A stretch of 64,000 bases of DNA, taken from assembly GCA_963755915.1 (NCBI GenBank), contig CAVWLP010000002.1:1184001-1248000 (forward strand). Direction: 5' to 3'. A model generated the notes under the pieces. It saw only the letters and a program-made list of their open reading frames with translations, was not told the origin of the DNA and made no database searches. The translations under genes were made by a program, and so were the position numbers. Source of the stretch: an uncultured Phycisphaerales bacterium. Its GTDB lineage: Bacteria > Planctomycetota > Phycisphaerae > Tepidisphaerales > Tepidisphaeraceae. This document shows, one piece after another, positions 50,183-62,826 of this stretch; the first letter of the stretch is position 1; every line of letters begins with the position of its first letter.

Positions 50183-52866
50183 TCAGCGCGATTCCGCGAA
50201 ATCGGCGTAGGGGGAGACGCTTGCTTCCTTGACGGCGGGGGCGTTTGTCGTCGGCCGCATGCAGATCGCGACCACGTTTTGCGCGGTCGGGCCGAAGTTG
50301 AGCCAGCATTCGGGGAGGAAGAAATCCTTCTGCGGGCCGATTTCCCACCACCGGCCGAGCTGGTGGCCGTTGAGGTAGATAAACCCGTTTCCGTCGGCTT
50401 CGATGTGGAGCTTCCAGGGGACCCAGACGTGCGGATTAGCGGCCGGCAAGGGGAATTTCAGGCGGTACCAGACGAGGTTGATGGGCGTGTTTGCGGGGGG
50501 ATCGACAGCGGCGTGGGAATCGAGTTTGACGTCGGTCCAGTTGGAGTCGTCGAGATCGGCGGCCTGCCAGTTGTTGGCCAAGCCGGTGGTTTGGGTGGAG
50601 ATTTGCCACTGGATGGGCAGGGCGCTGGGGGAGTTGACCGGGTCGAGTTCGGCGCTGCCGCCAATGCCGGCATGCGGGTGCTTGCGACGACGATGACGGA
50701 AATGGTGTTGCGGCCGGGGTGGAGAAGGTTCGTCAGGTCGTAGCGCGGCGGGCCGGCTTTGCCGAGGATGATGGAGCCGTTCACGTAAACATGGCGCTGG
50801 CCGGAGAGGGCGCCGAAGACAAGCTGGCGCTGGCCGGCGGCGATGTCGGCCTGAGTCAGGTCAAAATGTGTGCGGAAGACGGAGGTTTGCTGGGGGCGAA
50901 CTTGATTGGGGCGGTTGTCGATGTTGGTGGAGGCCCAGGTGGAATCATCGACATCGGTGGCGACGTCGGGGGTGGGATCGCCGGTCTCGGGTTTGCGAAC
51001 CCACTCGGGCAGGTCCATGGGCAAAAGTCCGCCTGACGAGACGGCGAGATTTTTGAGGCCGCAGCGGGCGTCGATTCCGCCGCCGTTATCGCGGCCGCCG
51101 TTTTCGTAGAGCAGCTCAAGTTGGTTGGAGCCGGTGGAGAGGTTGGAGAGGATAGCGCCGACGGTGCCGCGGCCGTGGTGTTTGGTCTCCATGCGATTGC
51201 CGTTGAGCGAGCCGATAAAGTCATCCTGCCAGGAGAGATCGGCGGAGATCATGGCGGGGACGGAAGTGGAGAGGGTGAATGGGGCGGATTTAAAGAAGAC
51301 GTATCCGCGGTTAAAGACGCCGACGTCTTCGATGGAGTCGCCGGTGGGGAGATCGCGCCAGGAGCCATCGATGGGGCCGGGGTCGACCTGGGTGCGCACG
51401 TCGGCGATGGTCACGGGAGCGGGGAGATTCGTTGGGCGCGCGGGGGGAGTGACGGCTTGGGGATACCACTGGCCCTTGGAGGCATCGGTTACGCCGGGCG
51501 GGAGATAGAGGATTTTCGCGTCGTAGGGAGTTAAGTCGTACTGGACGTTTCCGGTAATGGTGTTGGCGACCGGAAAGGAGCCGGAGGCGGGGCTGTTTTG
51601 CTGGTCGTTGAAGACGAAGAGGAAAAGGCTGCCGTCGCGGCCTTTGCGAAGCTGGCCGGAGATTCCATCGGGGGCGTTGGTGCCGGAGATATCGACATCC
51701 TGGGAGCGGGCGAGCTGTGCGCCGTGATCCTTGAGGAAATTGGCCATTGACTGGACGGCGAAATAGCGTGGTCCGACGCCGCCCCATTCGCGGATGGGGG
51801 CGGCGTAGTCATAGCTGGTGGTTTTGTTGGCGGAGCCCCAGTCCCAGAGGTTGGTGCCGCCGAACATCATGTAATAGTTGGAGCCGGTATATCCGTTTGC
51901 CCAGGCGAGGAGGGTGACGTGGGTGATCTGCTGGGCGGTGAATCCCTGGTCGCCGCTGAGACGATTGCCGTTTTCGGAAAACCATCCGCCCTGCAGCTCG
52001 GTGATCATGCGGGGTTTTTCCGGCTGGTAGGTTTTCAGGACGTTGATGTCGCGCAGCTCGTTGTCGGGATTGAAGCCGGGATACGTGTTGCGGCACTCGA
52101 TGACGTTGGCGAGGAGATAGGGATCCTGCCGGTAGAGGGGCGATTCGCTGGTCATGCAGGTGATCAGCGGCACGTCGATGCCGAGATCTCGTGAGTCGTG
52201 GGCGAGGGCCTGTAGCTGGTGGAGTTTTACCTCGGCGGGGAATTGGGCGTAGTTATATTCATTTTCGATCTGCCAGAGGATGACGCCGGGCTTTCCGGTG
52301 GGCATGTGAGTGATCTGGAAGGGGACGGCGACCTTGGCAACCTCGGTGTACCAGTGCCTGCACCATTGGAGATAGACCGGATCGTCACTGCGGTACCAAT
52401 GCTCGGGGGCCGTCGCGGGGCGCTTGGTGACGAGCCACTGGGGATATCCGCCGCCGTCCCACTCGGCGCAGATGTAGGGGCCGGGGCGAAGGATGACGTA
52501 GAGACCGAACTGGTTGATAGCCATGTTGAGCCAGTCGGTGAGATCGGTCATGTCGACCTTCGAATAATCATCGGGAGAGGACGGCATCTGCTGCTCGTGC
52601 CAGTTCCAGGCGACGTAGGTTTCGACGCAGTTCATGCCGGCGTCTTTCATTTTCTGGAAGCGGTCGGCCCAGAGGGCCTTGGGGCAGCGGAAGTAGTGGA
52701 AGGAGCCGCTGTAGAGGAAGGTGTCCTTGCCGTCGATGATGAAGCACTGGTTGTCGTAACTAATTCGGGGAGATGTGGTGGCTTGGGCAGATGCGTCGGG
52801 GGCCGATGCGAAAGTCGCGAAGGCGCTCGCGGCGGCGAGCACGGCGACAAGAGCGTGTCTGATCAT
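50183..52866 (-). CDS. GH35 beta-galactosidase, secreted, frameshifted near 50670
   Basis: SGSFHYFR, ETYVAWNWHE, LRPGPYICAEW.GGG.P, QIENEY, NYYMMFGGTN and TSYDYAAPI motifs. Confidence 0.9.
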
Positions 52867-55800
52867 TGATGTTCCTCGTCCGATCCCTTGAAGACTTCGT
52901 CGACGGTCGTGGTGACGGTGTCGAATGTACTGGCCGAGACTTTCGGCTGCTCGATTGTGCCCTTTATGTGGACGCGAAGCAATTCCTGATTGGCGCCGCT
53001 GATGAGGGGACCAAGGATGGGGAGGGCGACGAGGGTGGGGTTGGTGGTGGCGAGCCAGAGGCTGACCGTGCGCTTGGAGAAGTCCATTTCACCGCTGCCG
53101 GTCATGGAAACGTCGTTGCTCTTGAGGTCGATGTCTTCGAATTCAACTTTTTGGCCTTGAAGGGCATAGCGTGTGGTGATCTGGTTGAAAGGGCTGGTGG
53201 TGGGGAGGGCGAGGTTGGTAATTTGCATAAGGCCGAGCATGACGGGGATGTTGTACATTTTTTCACCGACGACGGAGACATCGCCGTGCCCGCGGCGGGA
53301 AGAGGGGTCGTCCCAGGTTCCGCCCATCTGGAGGGAAGCGGTGACGCGGCCGTGAATGTCCTGGCCGGCGGGGTTGGTGATCTGCCTTACGTCCGCGTCG
53401 CGGAGGACGAGGTTGATGTCGTAACGGCTGGCGCCAGAATCGGGGTAGATGTAATCGCCCTGTCCGGCGAGATCGCCGGACGCGAAGGTGCCTTCAACGT
53501 GGGAGATATCGATTTCGGGATCGTCAGTGATTTTGGCGAGGGTGAGTTTGAGGTTGGACCCCTGCCGTCCGGCGAGCATGACGGAATCGACCTGGCATTG
53601 CCCTTCGAGGCGATGGAGGCGGCCGGAGCGGATCAGGCCGGCGAGGTCCATCGTGCCGTGAACGTCGGTGGCGGGGAGGCCGACTTCCAGGTTGGTTCCC
53701 TTCATGGTGATTTTTGCGGCGAAGTCGACATCCGGGCCGGCGGGTTGAGTCGCGGATTGGCCGGTGGGCCAGTATTCGAGCTTGGAGAGATCGAGGCCGA
53801 TGTTTCCGCGAACTTTCAGGCCATTGAGGATCTGGAAGACGGAGGCGGGGAGGGCGTTGAGGAGCTCGTCATCGACGTTCATCGTGTCGGCGGAGATATG
53901 GAGGACCCAATCCGGGCGCCCGGAGAGATTGCCGGCGCCGGAGATCGTGAGCTGTGATTTGCCGTGGTGAGCGGTGAGATTGCTGAGGGTGACCTGCTGG
54001 GGGGCGACGGAGATATCTCCCTGCACATTATCGAGGCGATAGGGGAGCGCGATGGGGGTGACGGAAAGATTTTTCGGGATGATGTGGAGCTGGAGCTTGT
54101 CGGGGGCCGCGCCGAGCGTTTCGGAAAGCTGGAGGGTGGCGTCGATCGTTCCCTGCGGCTGGACGGTGTTCCATGCGTCGCGGGCGGCTGGGGGAGCATT
54201 TTGAATAGCGAGGGGCTGAGCTCCAGGTCTTTCGCGGCGCCGGAGAGGGCGATGTGCGGGCGCGAGGACCAGTCGAGGACCGCGTTGGCCGTGACGGCGC
54301 TGGGGCCGCGACGGCCGGTGAGATCGTCGATCAGGAGTCGCGTCGGCGTGAGATGGAGCTGGGCGGTGAGGCCGGACATGGCCGATTCACTGCCGTCGGG
54401 GGTTTGGATAGCGCCGCCCTTGAGCGTGGCGTTGAAGGCGTAGGCGATCGGTTTGTGATTCCCGGTGGAGAAGACGCGGCCGGCGAAATCGAGATTGCCG
54501 GTCAGGCCGGCGTTCTGGACCCATTGGCGCTGCATCGGGGGAAGAGCGCCGGAGAGATCGTTGTCAATGGGGAGGTTTGTGCCGGTGATCTCGATGTTGG
54601 GTCCGTCCGGTTCGTTGGTGGGTGGCGAGAGGTTGGTTTTCCAGCGGACGATTCCGCTGACGCCGATGGTCCCCGCGCCGTGGGGCATCTGGCCGTTGAT
54701 GACGTGGAGGATCCCCTCGCCGATGTCGAGCTGGCAGGAGAAATCGCGCAGCGGGTAGGGGAAGGCGGCCATTTTTCCCTCGGCGTCTTTCACATCGACA
54801 ACGCTTTCGATGTTAAACGGTTTTCCGGGCCCGGGCTGGCGGATGACGTTGGTGGAGAAGTCGCAGTGGAATTTGGGGAAGAGGCCGTGGGCGTCGGCAT
54901 CGAAAATGGCCAGTGCGCTCTGCGGCGCCGGGAGACAGGATCGCATGAGGGGATCGCCCGTGAAATTGTTTCCGCTGATGTGGAGCCAGGCGCCGGCGAC
55001 GCCCTGGAGCGGGCCGACGAAACCATCGACGGAAAGCGTCGCGTTTTCATTTACGTTTCCGACCGGGCCATGGCCAACGATGTTGAGCAGGCGGACGCCG
55101 TCCATTTTGGCGATGGGGTCATAGCCGATGACCAGTTTCCCAGTGACCTGGGAGACGGGGTAGGGGAGATCCGCGAAATGGAACTGGCCGTCTTTGACGT
55201 CGATCTCGCCGGAGACGGTGGGGTCGCTATCGGGCTCGTTGCGGCGAATGTCGAGGGTGAGGGAGCAGGTGCCGTGGGGGTGGAGATGCTCGATGAGGTC
55301 CTGCGCCTGCGCGGGAGGGTGCCGAGATAGTCCGGCGGCATGTCGGGGATTTCCAGGTCGTGCCCGGAAACGGAGGAGATGGTCAGATGTGCGGGGGCAT
55401 CGGGGGAATATCCGGACATCTGTCCGTCGATGTTGAACCAGTTGTTTTCGATTTTTCCGCTGATTCCTTTGAGCTCGATTCCGGCCTGGGTGAAGACGAG
55501 GTCGCCGGAGACCTGCGTGAAGCTGACCGGAGCCGGGGTGCTGAGGCGGCGCATGGTCTGGGCGAAGTCGGGGGTGATCCATTTTTTCTTTTCCGCCGAG
55601 TCGAGGAAATCATGCATGAACTGCACACGCTGGTTTTGCTCGCGGCTCATCCATTCCTGGGGGTGGACGACCATCTGCACGTCGCTGAGAACCAACTCGG
55701 CGCGGAAGATGGGGCCGCCACCGCCGGGGTTGGGGTTGTAGACCATCTCGGGGACTTCGATGTGTCCTTCGAGCTGATGCCATTCGCACCATTGCCGGGG

Positions 55801-56589
55801 CTCGGCGAGGAGCATGGTCTTGATGTCGGGTCCGAAAGTGAAGTTCTGCATGTGGGCGACGGAAACACCGCCTTCGGTGCGGATGGTGCCGTCCACGCTG
55901 GGGCCCATGGCTTCGCGTCCGCGGCTCTGGAGCTGGAAGTCATAGCGGTCGGGCTCTTCGTCGGAGGGGTTGAGGCTGCCTTCGATGCTGTACCAGCCGA
56001 GCGGGTAGGTTTTGCCGTCGCGCATTTCCATGTAGGCGACCTGCGCGTCGCGGAGGATGATCTGGGGGAGCTGTGCGGGGCCGGGGAGGCCGTTGGAGTT
56101 TTTGCGCTTCGGCGGGTGGCCGACGCCGTGCCACATGCGCTGGTAATTCCAGCGGTGGGTGTCGGGGTTTTCCACGAGCATCACCACCGGGGCGATGGCG
56201 ACGATCTGCGTCGCGGAGAGCTTGCCTTCGAGCAGCTCGGCGGGGTGATAGCGGATGAGGAAGGTGCGGGCGTGGAAGATGATGGAGTCGGGCTGGTTGG
56301 AGTTATCGACGCGGAGGGTGACATCGTCGAGGCGGAGGCCTTCAAAGACGGTGAGGTTGGCGCTGCCGATGGTGACTTCTCCGCCGAGGAGGTCGGAGAG
56401 ATAGGCGCTGGCCATGGAGCGGACGCGCTGGGCGTCGGTGAGATAGATGTACCCGAAGATGATGATGCAGAGGAACAGGAGGACACCAGCCATGCACCGT
56501 CGGCGCGCGGCGCAGTGCTGCCGCCGCAGGGGATGGCGCGGCCGCCAGCTTTTTTCGAAAAGGCGCTCCGGGTTAACAAGCATTTTCAT
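52863..56589 (-). CDS. large AsmA-like (beta-taco) envelope protein, several frameshifts
   Basis: N-terminal TM, repetitive amphipathic beta strands, C-terminal LLRVHIKGTIEQPKV; three overlapping ORFs are contiguous. Confidence 0.7.
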
Positions 56590-57859
56590 CAGATCCGCCC
56601 CCGATGAGCCGACTTGGGACGCGGCAGCAGGCTGAGGCGGCTAAAATAGCCATCGGTCCTTCACCTGGGACGCGATAACGCAGCGACCCGACCGATAACG
56701 CGGCGGCGATGGTAAAATAGACCGCCGGCAACAATAACAGCCGCTTGACCGCTCCAGGCAGTACGGTCTTCCATAGTCCGGCGAGCAGCAGCAGGTCGAA
56801 CCCAACCCCATAAACGAGCCCCACCATCCTATACGATAATCGGCTTCCATACTGCGCACTAAGTGGGATTGGACTCCAGGTCCGAGCGATTTTGATAGCG
56901 GCCAGATGCAGGCAGTCCCATGGATGGTCTTTGATCCATTCGTTGGCAAGACCGGTGAAATAGCGGGAGCGGGCGACCTCCGTCATGTCCCGCGTCCAGG
57001 GCATGAACTGGACGAAGGATTGATTGCTGTCTCCGACGGCGTCGGGGCTGAAGCCGTCGTAGCGGGTGATACCGGCGTCGGTGGCGGTCCAGATCCATGA
57101 ACCCAGGACAAAGCGGTTTCGCGCCGCCCAGGGGAAGATCGCCAGGACGGAGACGAGCAGCATGGTCGCGGCGACGGGGAGGGGAAAATTCCCCACGGCA
57201 GCGCCGTGGGCGTTTCGGGAGCGATTCACAATATCAGTACGATTGGCGAGGGCCGCCCCGCAACCAAGCACAACGGGCATGAGGATTGCGCCGGGCCGAA
57301 CCAGCGCGGCAAAGGCCAGCAGCACCGCACCTCCGATCCAGGCCAGGAGCTTCGATCCATCCGGCCACGGCCCGCGACTGAGGACCAGCAGCGCCAATCC
57401 CCAGCAGAGCATCGAGGTGAAAAGGGTCTCGGAGAGGATGAGTCCCGTAAAAAAGATCATAAAGGGGTTGATCGCGACGATGGCGGAGGCGGCCAGCGCG
57501 CCGCGCATGGTGAGCCAGCGGCGCGCGAGCAGAAAGATGGCGAGGATGGTGCTGGTGTCCATAAAAGCCTGCACGATGCGCACCATCATCGGCTTAGCGC
57601 CGCAGAGTGCGACAAGCAGGGGATAGCCCGGCGTCCGATAGGCATAGACCGCCTGGTCGAAGCGCGGATCGATCATCCAAAGACTGGAGGAGCTTTTGAG
57701 GTTCTGGGCGAGCTGGAGGTATTCGCGCTGATCGGGAAGCTGGTCGATTGCGGCGTCGTCCGAAGGCTGGTGCAATGCCCAGGCAAGGCGAAGGGCAAGG
57801 GCGACGAGCAATATGACGGCCAGGGCGATCCAGCCGGTGCGGTTGGGGGAATCGGACAC
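56573..57859 (-). CDS. ArnT/GT39-like polytopic glycosyltransferase
   Basis: D..EY..LA.NL, YRTPGYP, ILSETLF, LVRP, PW..RN and RYRVP motifs. Confidence 0.82.
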   Translation of the reverse strand: MSDSPNRTGWIALAVILLVALALRLAWALHQPSDDAAIDQLPDQREYLQLAQNLKSSSSLWMIDPRFDQAVYAYRTPGYPLLVALCGAKPMMVRIVQAFMDTSTILAIFLLARRWLTMRGALAASAIVAINPFMIFFTGLILSETLFTSMLCWGLALLVLSRGPWPDGSKLLAWIGGAVLLAFAALVRPGAILMPVVLGCGAALANRTDIVNRSRNAHGAAVGNFPLPVAATMLLVSVLAIFPWAARNRFVLGSWIWTATDAGITRYDGFSPDAVGDSNQSFVQFMPWTRDMTEVARSRYFTGLANEWIKDHPWDCLHLAAIKIARTWSPIPLSAQYGSRLSYRMVGLVYGVGFDLLLLAGLWKTVLPGAVKRLLLLPAVYFTIAAALSVGSLRYRVPGEGPMAILAASACCRVPSRLIGGGSDENAC

Positions 57860-57923
57860 GTGAGGGAACGTACCGCGCGGGGAATGTGAAACCAACAATC
57901 CCAAGCCGCTACAATCTGGCCCG

Positions 57924-59412
57924 ATGTCTACCGAGACAATCGAACGCGATCTTGTCTGCCGGGGGTGCGGGTATAACCTGCGGAGCCTGCCGGCGAATGG
58001 CATCTGCCCTGAATGCGCGGTCCCGGTGGGTTTTTCGCTGCTGCCGGATTCGCTTTCGCTGAATGAGCCGGGGCATTTTCAAACCGCCCGGCTGGGGGTT
58101 TTGCTGATTATCGGGGTCGCCTGCTGGGAGGTGCTCGATAAATCGCTTCTGATCCTGCCGGCGGCGAACCTTCCAAATTATTTCGTGCAGTGGGTAAGGC
58201 CGTACTATGCGCATTCGGGGATCCTGTACTGGTTGGCTTTCATCGGGCAGGCCTTCGCTTTGTACACGTTCACGGCGATTCATCGCACGACATTTCGGCG
58301 CACATCGCTGGTTATATGCCTGGTCGCGGGATTTTTTTTGTTGCGCTTCTGTGTTGGCTGGGCGGGCAGATCGTACGTGTGTCCTTTGAACCAGCTTGCA
58401 TTCGATCCGATCTTCAACTCGCTTTGGCTGGGATACGGCGCAAAGTTCGCGAGGGAATACGCAACGCCATCGCTGGCGAAACAGATCAACCTTCTGCGGT
58501 GGATGCTGCCCGCGGCGATGGTGATTTGTTTGGTAGTGATATTCAGCCAAGTACCGGAACTGTTTCCGGTGTTTGACGCGGCGGCCGTGGTGGTTATCTG
58601 CCTGAATGTCTATCTGATTATTCTTTTTGTCAGGCTTCGCACGGCGCTGGTTTGGCAGATGCCTGCCGAGGGGGGTATCGCCGCGCACGTTTTGGAGGCC
58701 GAGGCGGGGATAGCAACAGGAGATAGCCAGTGGCGTCAGCGGGTGCGATGGGGGCTTACGCTGGAGGGAATTTATGCCGGCGTGATCTTGCTGGTTCATG
58801 TGGTTTCTTTCGTCGGTTCTCGATTGCAGAGATTCGGCGCGAGTGTGCCGATGACCGGCACGCGCATCCCCGATCAATTCGTCGACGGGGGCGTGCTCCT
58901 GCTTTCGATGATTACGGGCGCCCTGCAATTGCTTGGGATTTGGTGGATATCTATGCCAACGGCAGAACAGCTATCGGCCGAAACCACCGCTGGCGAATGG
59001 ATGCCCCGGCAACTGCTGCGTTTTTTTTCGGGCTGTGCAGTTGCTATCTCGCTGATCAATCCGATTTGCGACGTGGCGGCTTTGCGGGAGCCGGCGATCG
59101 TCTATTGGTTGCCCCTGCTCACGAGGGCAGTGATGCTTTTCTGCCTTTTTCACTATTTCGAGCGCGAAGCTGGCGCGGCGGGCGGGATCGGAATTGATTC
59201 GCAGAGAGGCGGAGATCGTGAAATGGGGATTGCCGCTGCTGGCTGCGATCTTGCCGGCGATTCTGCAGGTAGCGGAGGGATTTGGATTTTCGGGTGGGGC
59301 TGCCACGGCCGTGTTTCACCTGCAACGGGTCTATCTTCTGGTGGCGGAAATCTGGGGGATATGGATTTTCTATCAGCTCTGGCGCTGCTTCGCCCCGGCG
59401 GGTGCGAAGTGA
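57924..59412 (+). CDS. polytopic membrane protein with N-terminal zinc ribbon (probable frameshift near 59185)
   Basis: CRGCGYNLRSLPANGICPECA; about 10 hydrophobic segments; hydrophobic C-terminus in the 59194..59412 frame. Confidence 0.7.
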
Positions 59413-59430
59413 TATAACATTGTTTCGCTG

Positions 59431-61119
59431 ATGGGCATCAAATCCCTCGAAAAATCCCTTGAGGCGCTGGACGGGAAAGTGGGATCGCTGCGCGGCGGCT
59501 TGCCGGCGATTGCGCTGGCGCGGGGATGCGGCGGCGGCGCTGTTTCATATCCGGCAGAAGAACGACGGGCGAATCATTGTTTGTATTCTGGGGGGGACCG
59601 GCACGGGCAAAAGCACGCTGGTGAACCGGCTGCTGGGGGCGAATCTTTCGGCGGCGAGTTTTCGGCGGACGTTTACGGCTGGGCCGGTGGCGATTGCTTC
59701 GGGCGGCGTGCCGGAGAACTGGCTGGGGATTCAGCATGCGGCGGTGAATCCGGCGGAGCTCCCGGCGCGGGGGCAGAACGATTCGCTGCTGGTGGTGGAG
59801 GCGAAGAACGAATTGCTCGAGAAAGTCGTTCTGGTCGACACGCCGGATTTGGACGGGGATCAGCCGGTGCATCATGCGCAGGCGGAGCGGGTTTTTCGGT
59901 GGGCGGAGGGGATTATTTTTCTGGTTTCGCCGGAGAAATATCAGATGACGGAGCTGCTGCCGTATTACCGGCTGGCGGGCCGGTATGGGCTGCCGGCGAT
60001 TTATGTGATGAACAAATGCGAGACGGCGGAGATGCTGGAGGACTATCGGCAGATGGTGCAGAGCGACGTTTTTGCGATCGCTCGGGATGACGCGGCGTAT
60101 GAGCCGCCGGTGGAGCGGAATCTGGCGGCGCTGCGGCGGCAATTGCGGGGATGAAATTGCCGGAGGAATCGGCGCGAGAAGGGGCTGGGGATGCGGATGA
60201 GCGATCTGCTGGGGAGATTGCGCGATCAGATTACTTCGCCCCTGCGCGAGCAGCGGCGGGAGATTGACGCGATTGGTTTGGCGCTGCGGGCGATGGAAAC
60301 GCCGGCGCCGGGGATCGACGTGAATCCGATCACGGAACAATTGCAGCGGCGGCTTCAGCATAAAAGCGTGCTGTACCTCATCGGCCCGGGGCGGATTCGG
60401 GATCGGATCCGGCAGATGCCGGGGCTGCTGGTGCGTTTTCCGCGCGGCGTGTGGGATTTGCTGGTGCATGGGAAGACCGATCAGAAATTTTCGCTGGCGG
60501 TGGATGAAAGTTCGCAAGCGGGCGAGGGGCCGGATTTTCGGGCGGATCTGGTGGATCAATTCACGGTGATCCAGAGCCGGATCGATGACTGTTTGCGCTC
60601 CACCGCATGGGGCAGGAAATGGGTCGAGGATCCGGCTTCGGGTTATGCTGCGAGCAAATTCGATCCCCAGGATGCGGGGAAGATCGCGGATGAGGAGCTG
60701 GCGCAGCTCAAGGAGTGGCTGCAGAAGCGCTGGAACGCGACGCCGCGCGATACGGCTATTTTGCTGAAGGTGCTGAAGCATATTCCTGGTGGTGAAAAGC
60801 TGACGCAATGGACCGAGGCCGCGCCTTACCTGCTGGCGATTATTGTCGCGGCGCATCACGCGATTTTCGGGCATATCGACCTGATGGTTTTGGGGGGATA
60901 TTCGCTGGCGACCTGGCTGACGGAGCGGCTGAGCAACGAAGTCGCCTCGCGGACGCGGCTGGCGAACCGGACGATCGGGGCGCGGTTTGAACGGCTGGCG
61001 CATCAGCAGCTTCGGCAGACGCTGGGGTGGATCGAAGCGCGGCGCCGAAGTTTTCGGAGATCGAATCGATCGAAACGATGGCGGATCAGTTGCAGGAGTC
61101 GATCCATGAATCGAAGTGA
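59431..61119 (+). CDS. dynamin-like/TRAFAC GTPase A (about 3 frameshifts)
   Basis: G1 GGTGTGKS, G3 DTPD and G4 NKCE; long helical C-terminus with a hydrophobic hairpin; ends ...ETMADQLQESIHESK*. Confidence 0.72.
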
Positions 61120-62826
61120 AGCGGAAACACTGGTGCGCGAGACGATGGAGCTGACCGGGGCGAGTGGGCCGGAGCTGCTGGAGGACGATTCGCCGACGTT
61201 GGCGGGAGATCCCGCAGGGGGGATTTATCTGGTGGGGCTGATCGGGGGGAAGGAAGTGGGGAAGAGCGCGCTGGTGAATGCGCTGGCGGGGGCGGCGATT
61301 ACTGCCGAGACCTCGCATGGGCCGGGTACGCAGATGGCCATCGCGTATGTGCATCGGTCGCGGCAGGGTGAGGCGGCGGAGTTGCTGGAGCGGGCCATTC
61401 CGGGGAAGTTCCGCATCGTGCCGCATGATGAAGCGAAATTGGGGGGGCAGGTTTTGGTGGATCTGCCGGATATCGACAGCCGGTTCGCATCGCATCTGCA
61501 GATTACGCGCGGTGTGCTGCGGCACATGCTTTTTCCGGTGTGGATTCAGAGCGTGGAGAAATATGCGGATATTCAGCCGCTGAATCTGCTGGCGAAGGTG
61601 GCGGCGGGGAATGATCCGGGGAATTTTTTGTTCTGTCTGAACAAGATGGACCAGGTTTCCGCGGAGGAGGCGGAGGAGCTGCGCGAGGATTTTCGGGGCG
61701 GATTCAGCGGGCGGTTTCGCTGGCCCAACGGCCGCGGATTTTTATGATCTCGGCGAAGAAGCAGAAGGAATTCGATCTGCCGGAGCTGGTGAAATTGCTT
61801 TCGCGGGAGAAATCGGCGGATACGCTGGAGCAATCGCGGGAGCTGGCGGCGCGGCGCCGGAGCCGGTCGCTGCTGGATTGGCTGGGGAGGCAGGATCTGC
61901 CGGGGCGGGCGGCGCAACTGCGACGGCTGGATGAGTTGGCATCCGATATTCTGGACGAGCGGGTGGGCGTGCCGCTGGTGGAGGGGATTATTCCGGGGAT
62001 GATCGACGATCCGGTTTACCGGATGGTGATGACGGACGGGGTCTTTGCGCGGCGGGTTTCGCGCTGGCCGATCGTGAACGTGCTGCATGCGCTGCTTTCG
62101 CCGCTGCGGTTTGTACTGCGGGAGAACGCGAGTGCCGGGTCGTTCTTTGGGGGAGAAGAGGCGCTGATCGAAGCGCATGTGAAGATCGGGGGCGGGTCGA
62201 TTGCAACGCCGGTGCAGTCGGCGTTTGCGCAGCTCAATCAGTCGGATCCGGCGGTGGCGGGGCTTTATGCGGGGAAGAAACTGTGGGAGCCGATGGAGGC
62301 TTCGATGGCGGAGGGGCGGCTGCGGCAATCGCTGGTGGAGACTGTGCGGGCGCAGCGCGGGGTGGCGCTGGAAAAGCTGTCGGGGCGGAATGGAATCATC
62401 GCGCCGGTCGTGCGAGTGGTTTTGACGATCGGGGCGCTGCTGTGGTTTCCGCTGGTGCAGCCGCTGCTGGAGGCGATGCTTTCGGGGCAGTCGGTGTTTG
62501 CCAGTTCGCGGGAGGCGGCGGTGGTGTTCGTGGAGATATTCGGGGCGGCGTATCTGCTGCGGAGCGCGGTGTTTCTGCTGATCTGGTATCTGGTGATCTG
62601 GGGGTTGCTTCGCTGGAGCACTCGGCGGCGGGTGGATCGGCTGCTGGGGAGATGGAAATCGGCGGATGACCGCGAGGATTCGCTGAACCTTACGACGCGG
62701 GCACTGGGGTGGATCGGGGAGATGCTGGAGCCGATCCAGAAGCGGCGGGAGAGGATGGAGGAGCTGGCCAAGCGAGTGGGGGAACTGCGCGAGGAGCTCG
62801 GAGTCGAGTCGCGGAATGCGGCGTGA
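61106..62826 (+). CDS. dynamin-like/TRAFAC GTPase B with two C-terminal TMs (frameshift near 61700)
   Basis: G1 GGKEVGKS, G3 DLPD and G4 NKMD; TMs VVLTIGALLWFPLV and AVFLLIWYLVIWGLL; start overlaps the stop of gene A. Confidence 0.75.

Noticed and set aside
59438-61525. 695-aa minus-strand ORF and other long antisense ORFs (27670..28947, 52866..53957, 11547..12911)
   Set aside because: Shadow frames of real genes in high-GC, strongly skewed DNA; low-complexity translations with no motifs.
60191-61747. Single 518-aa protein with a C-terminal GTPase domain
   Set aside because: Artefactual fusion: a frameshift near 61040 joins the tail of GTPase A to the start of GTPase B (ATG at 61106).
3131-62826. 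Programmed frameshifting or mass pseudogenisation in about 15 split genes
   Set aside because: The indels are scattered, often in homopolymer or GC-dinucleotide runs, with no accompanying in-frame stops or decay. Long-read consensus error is the simplest explanation; reads are needed to confirm.
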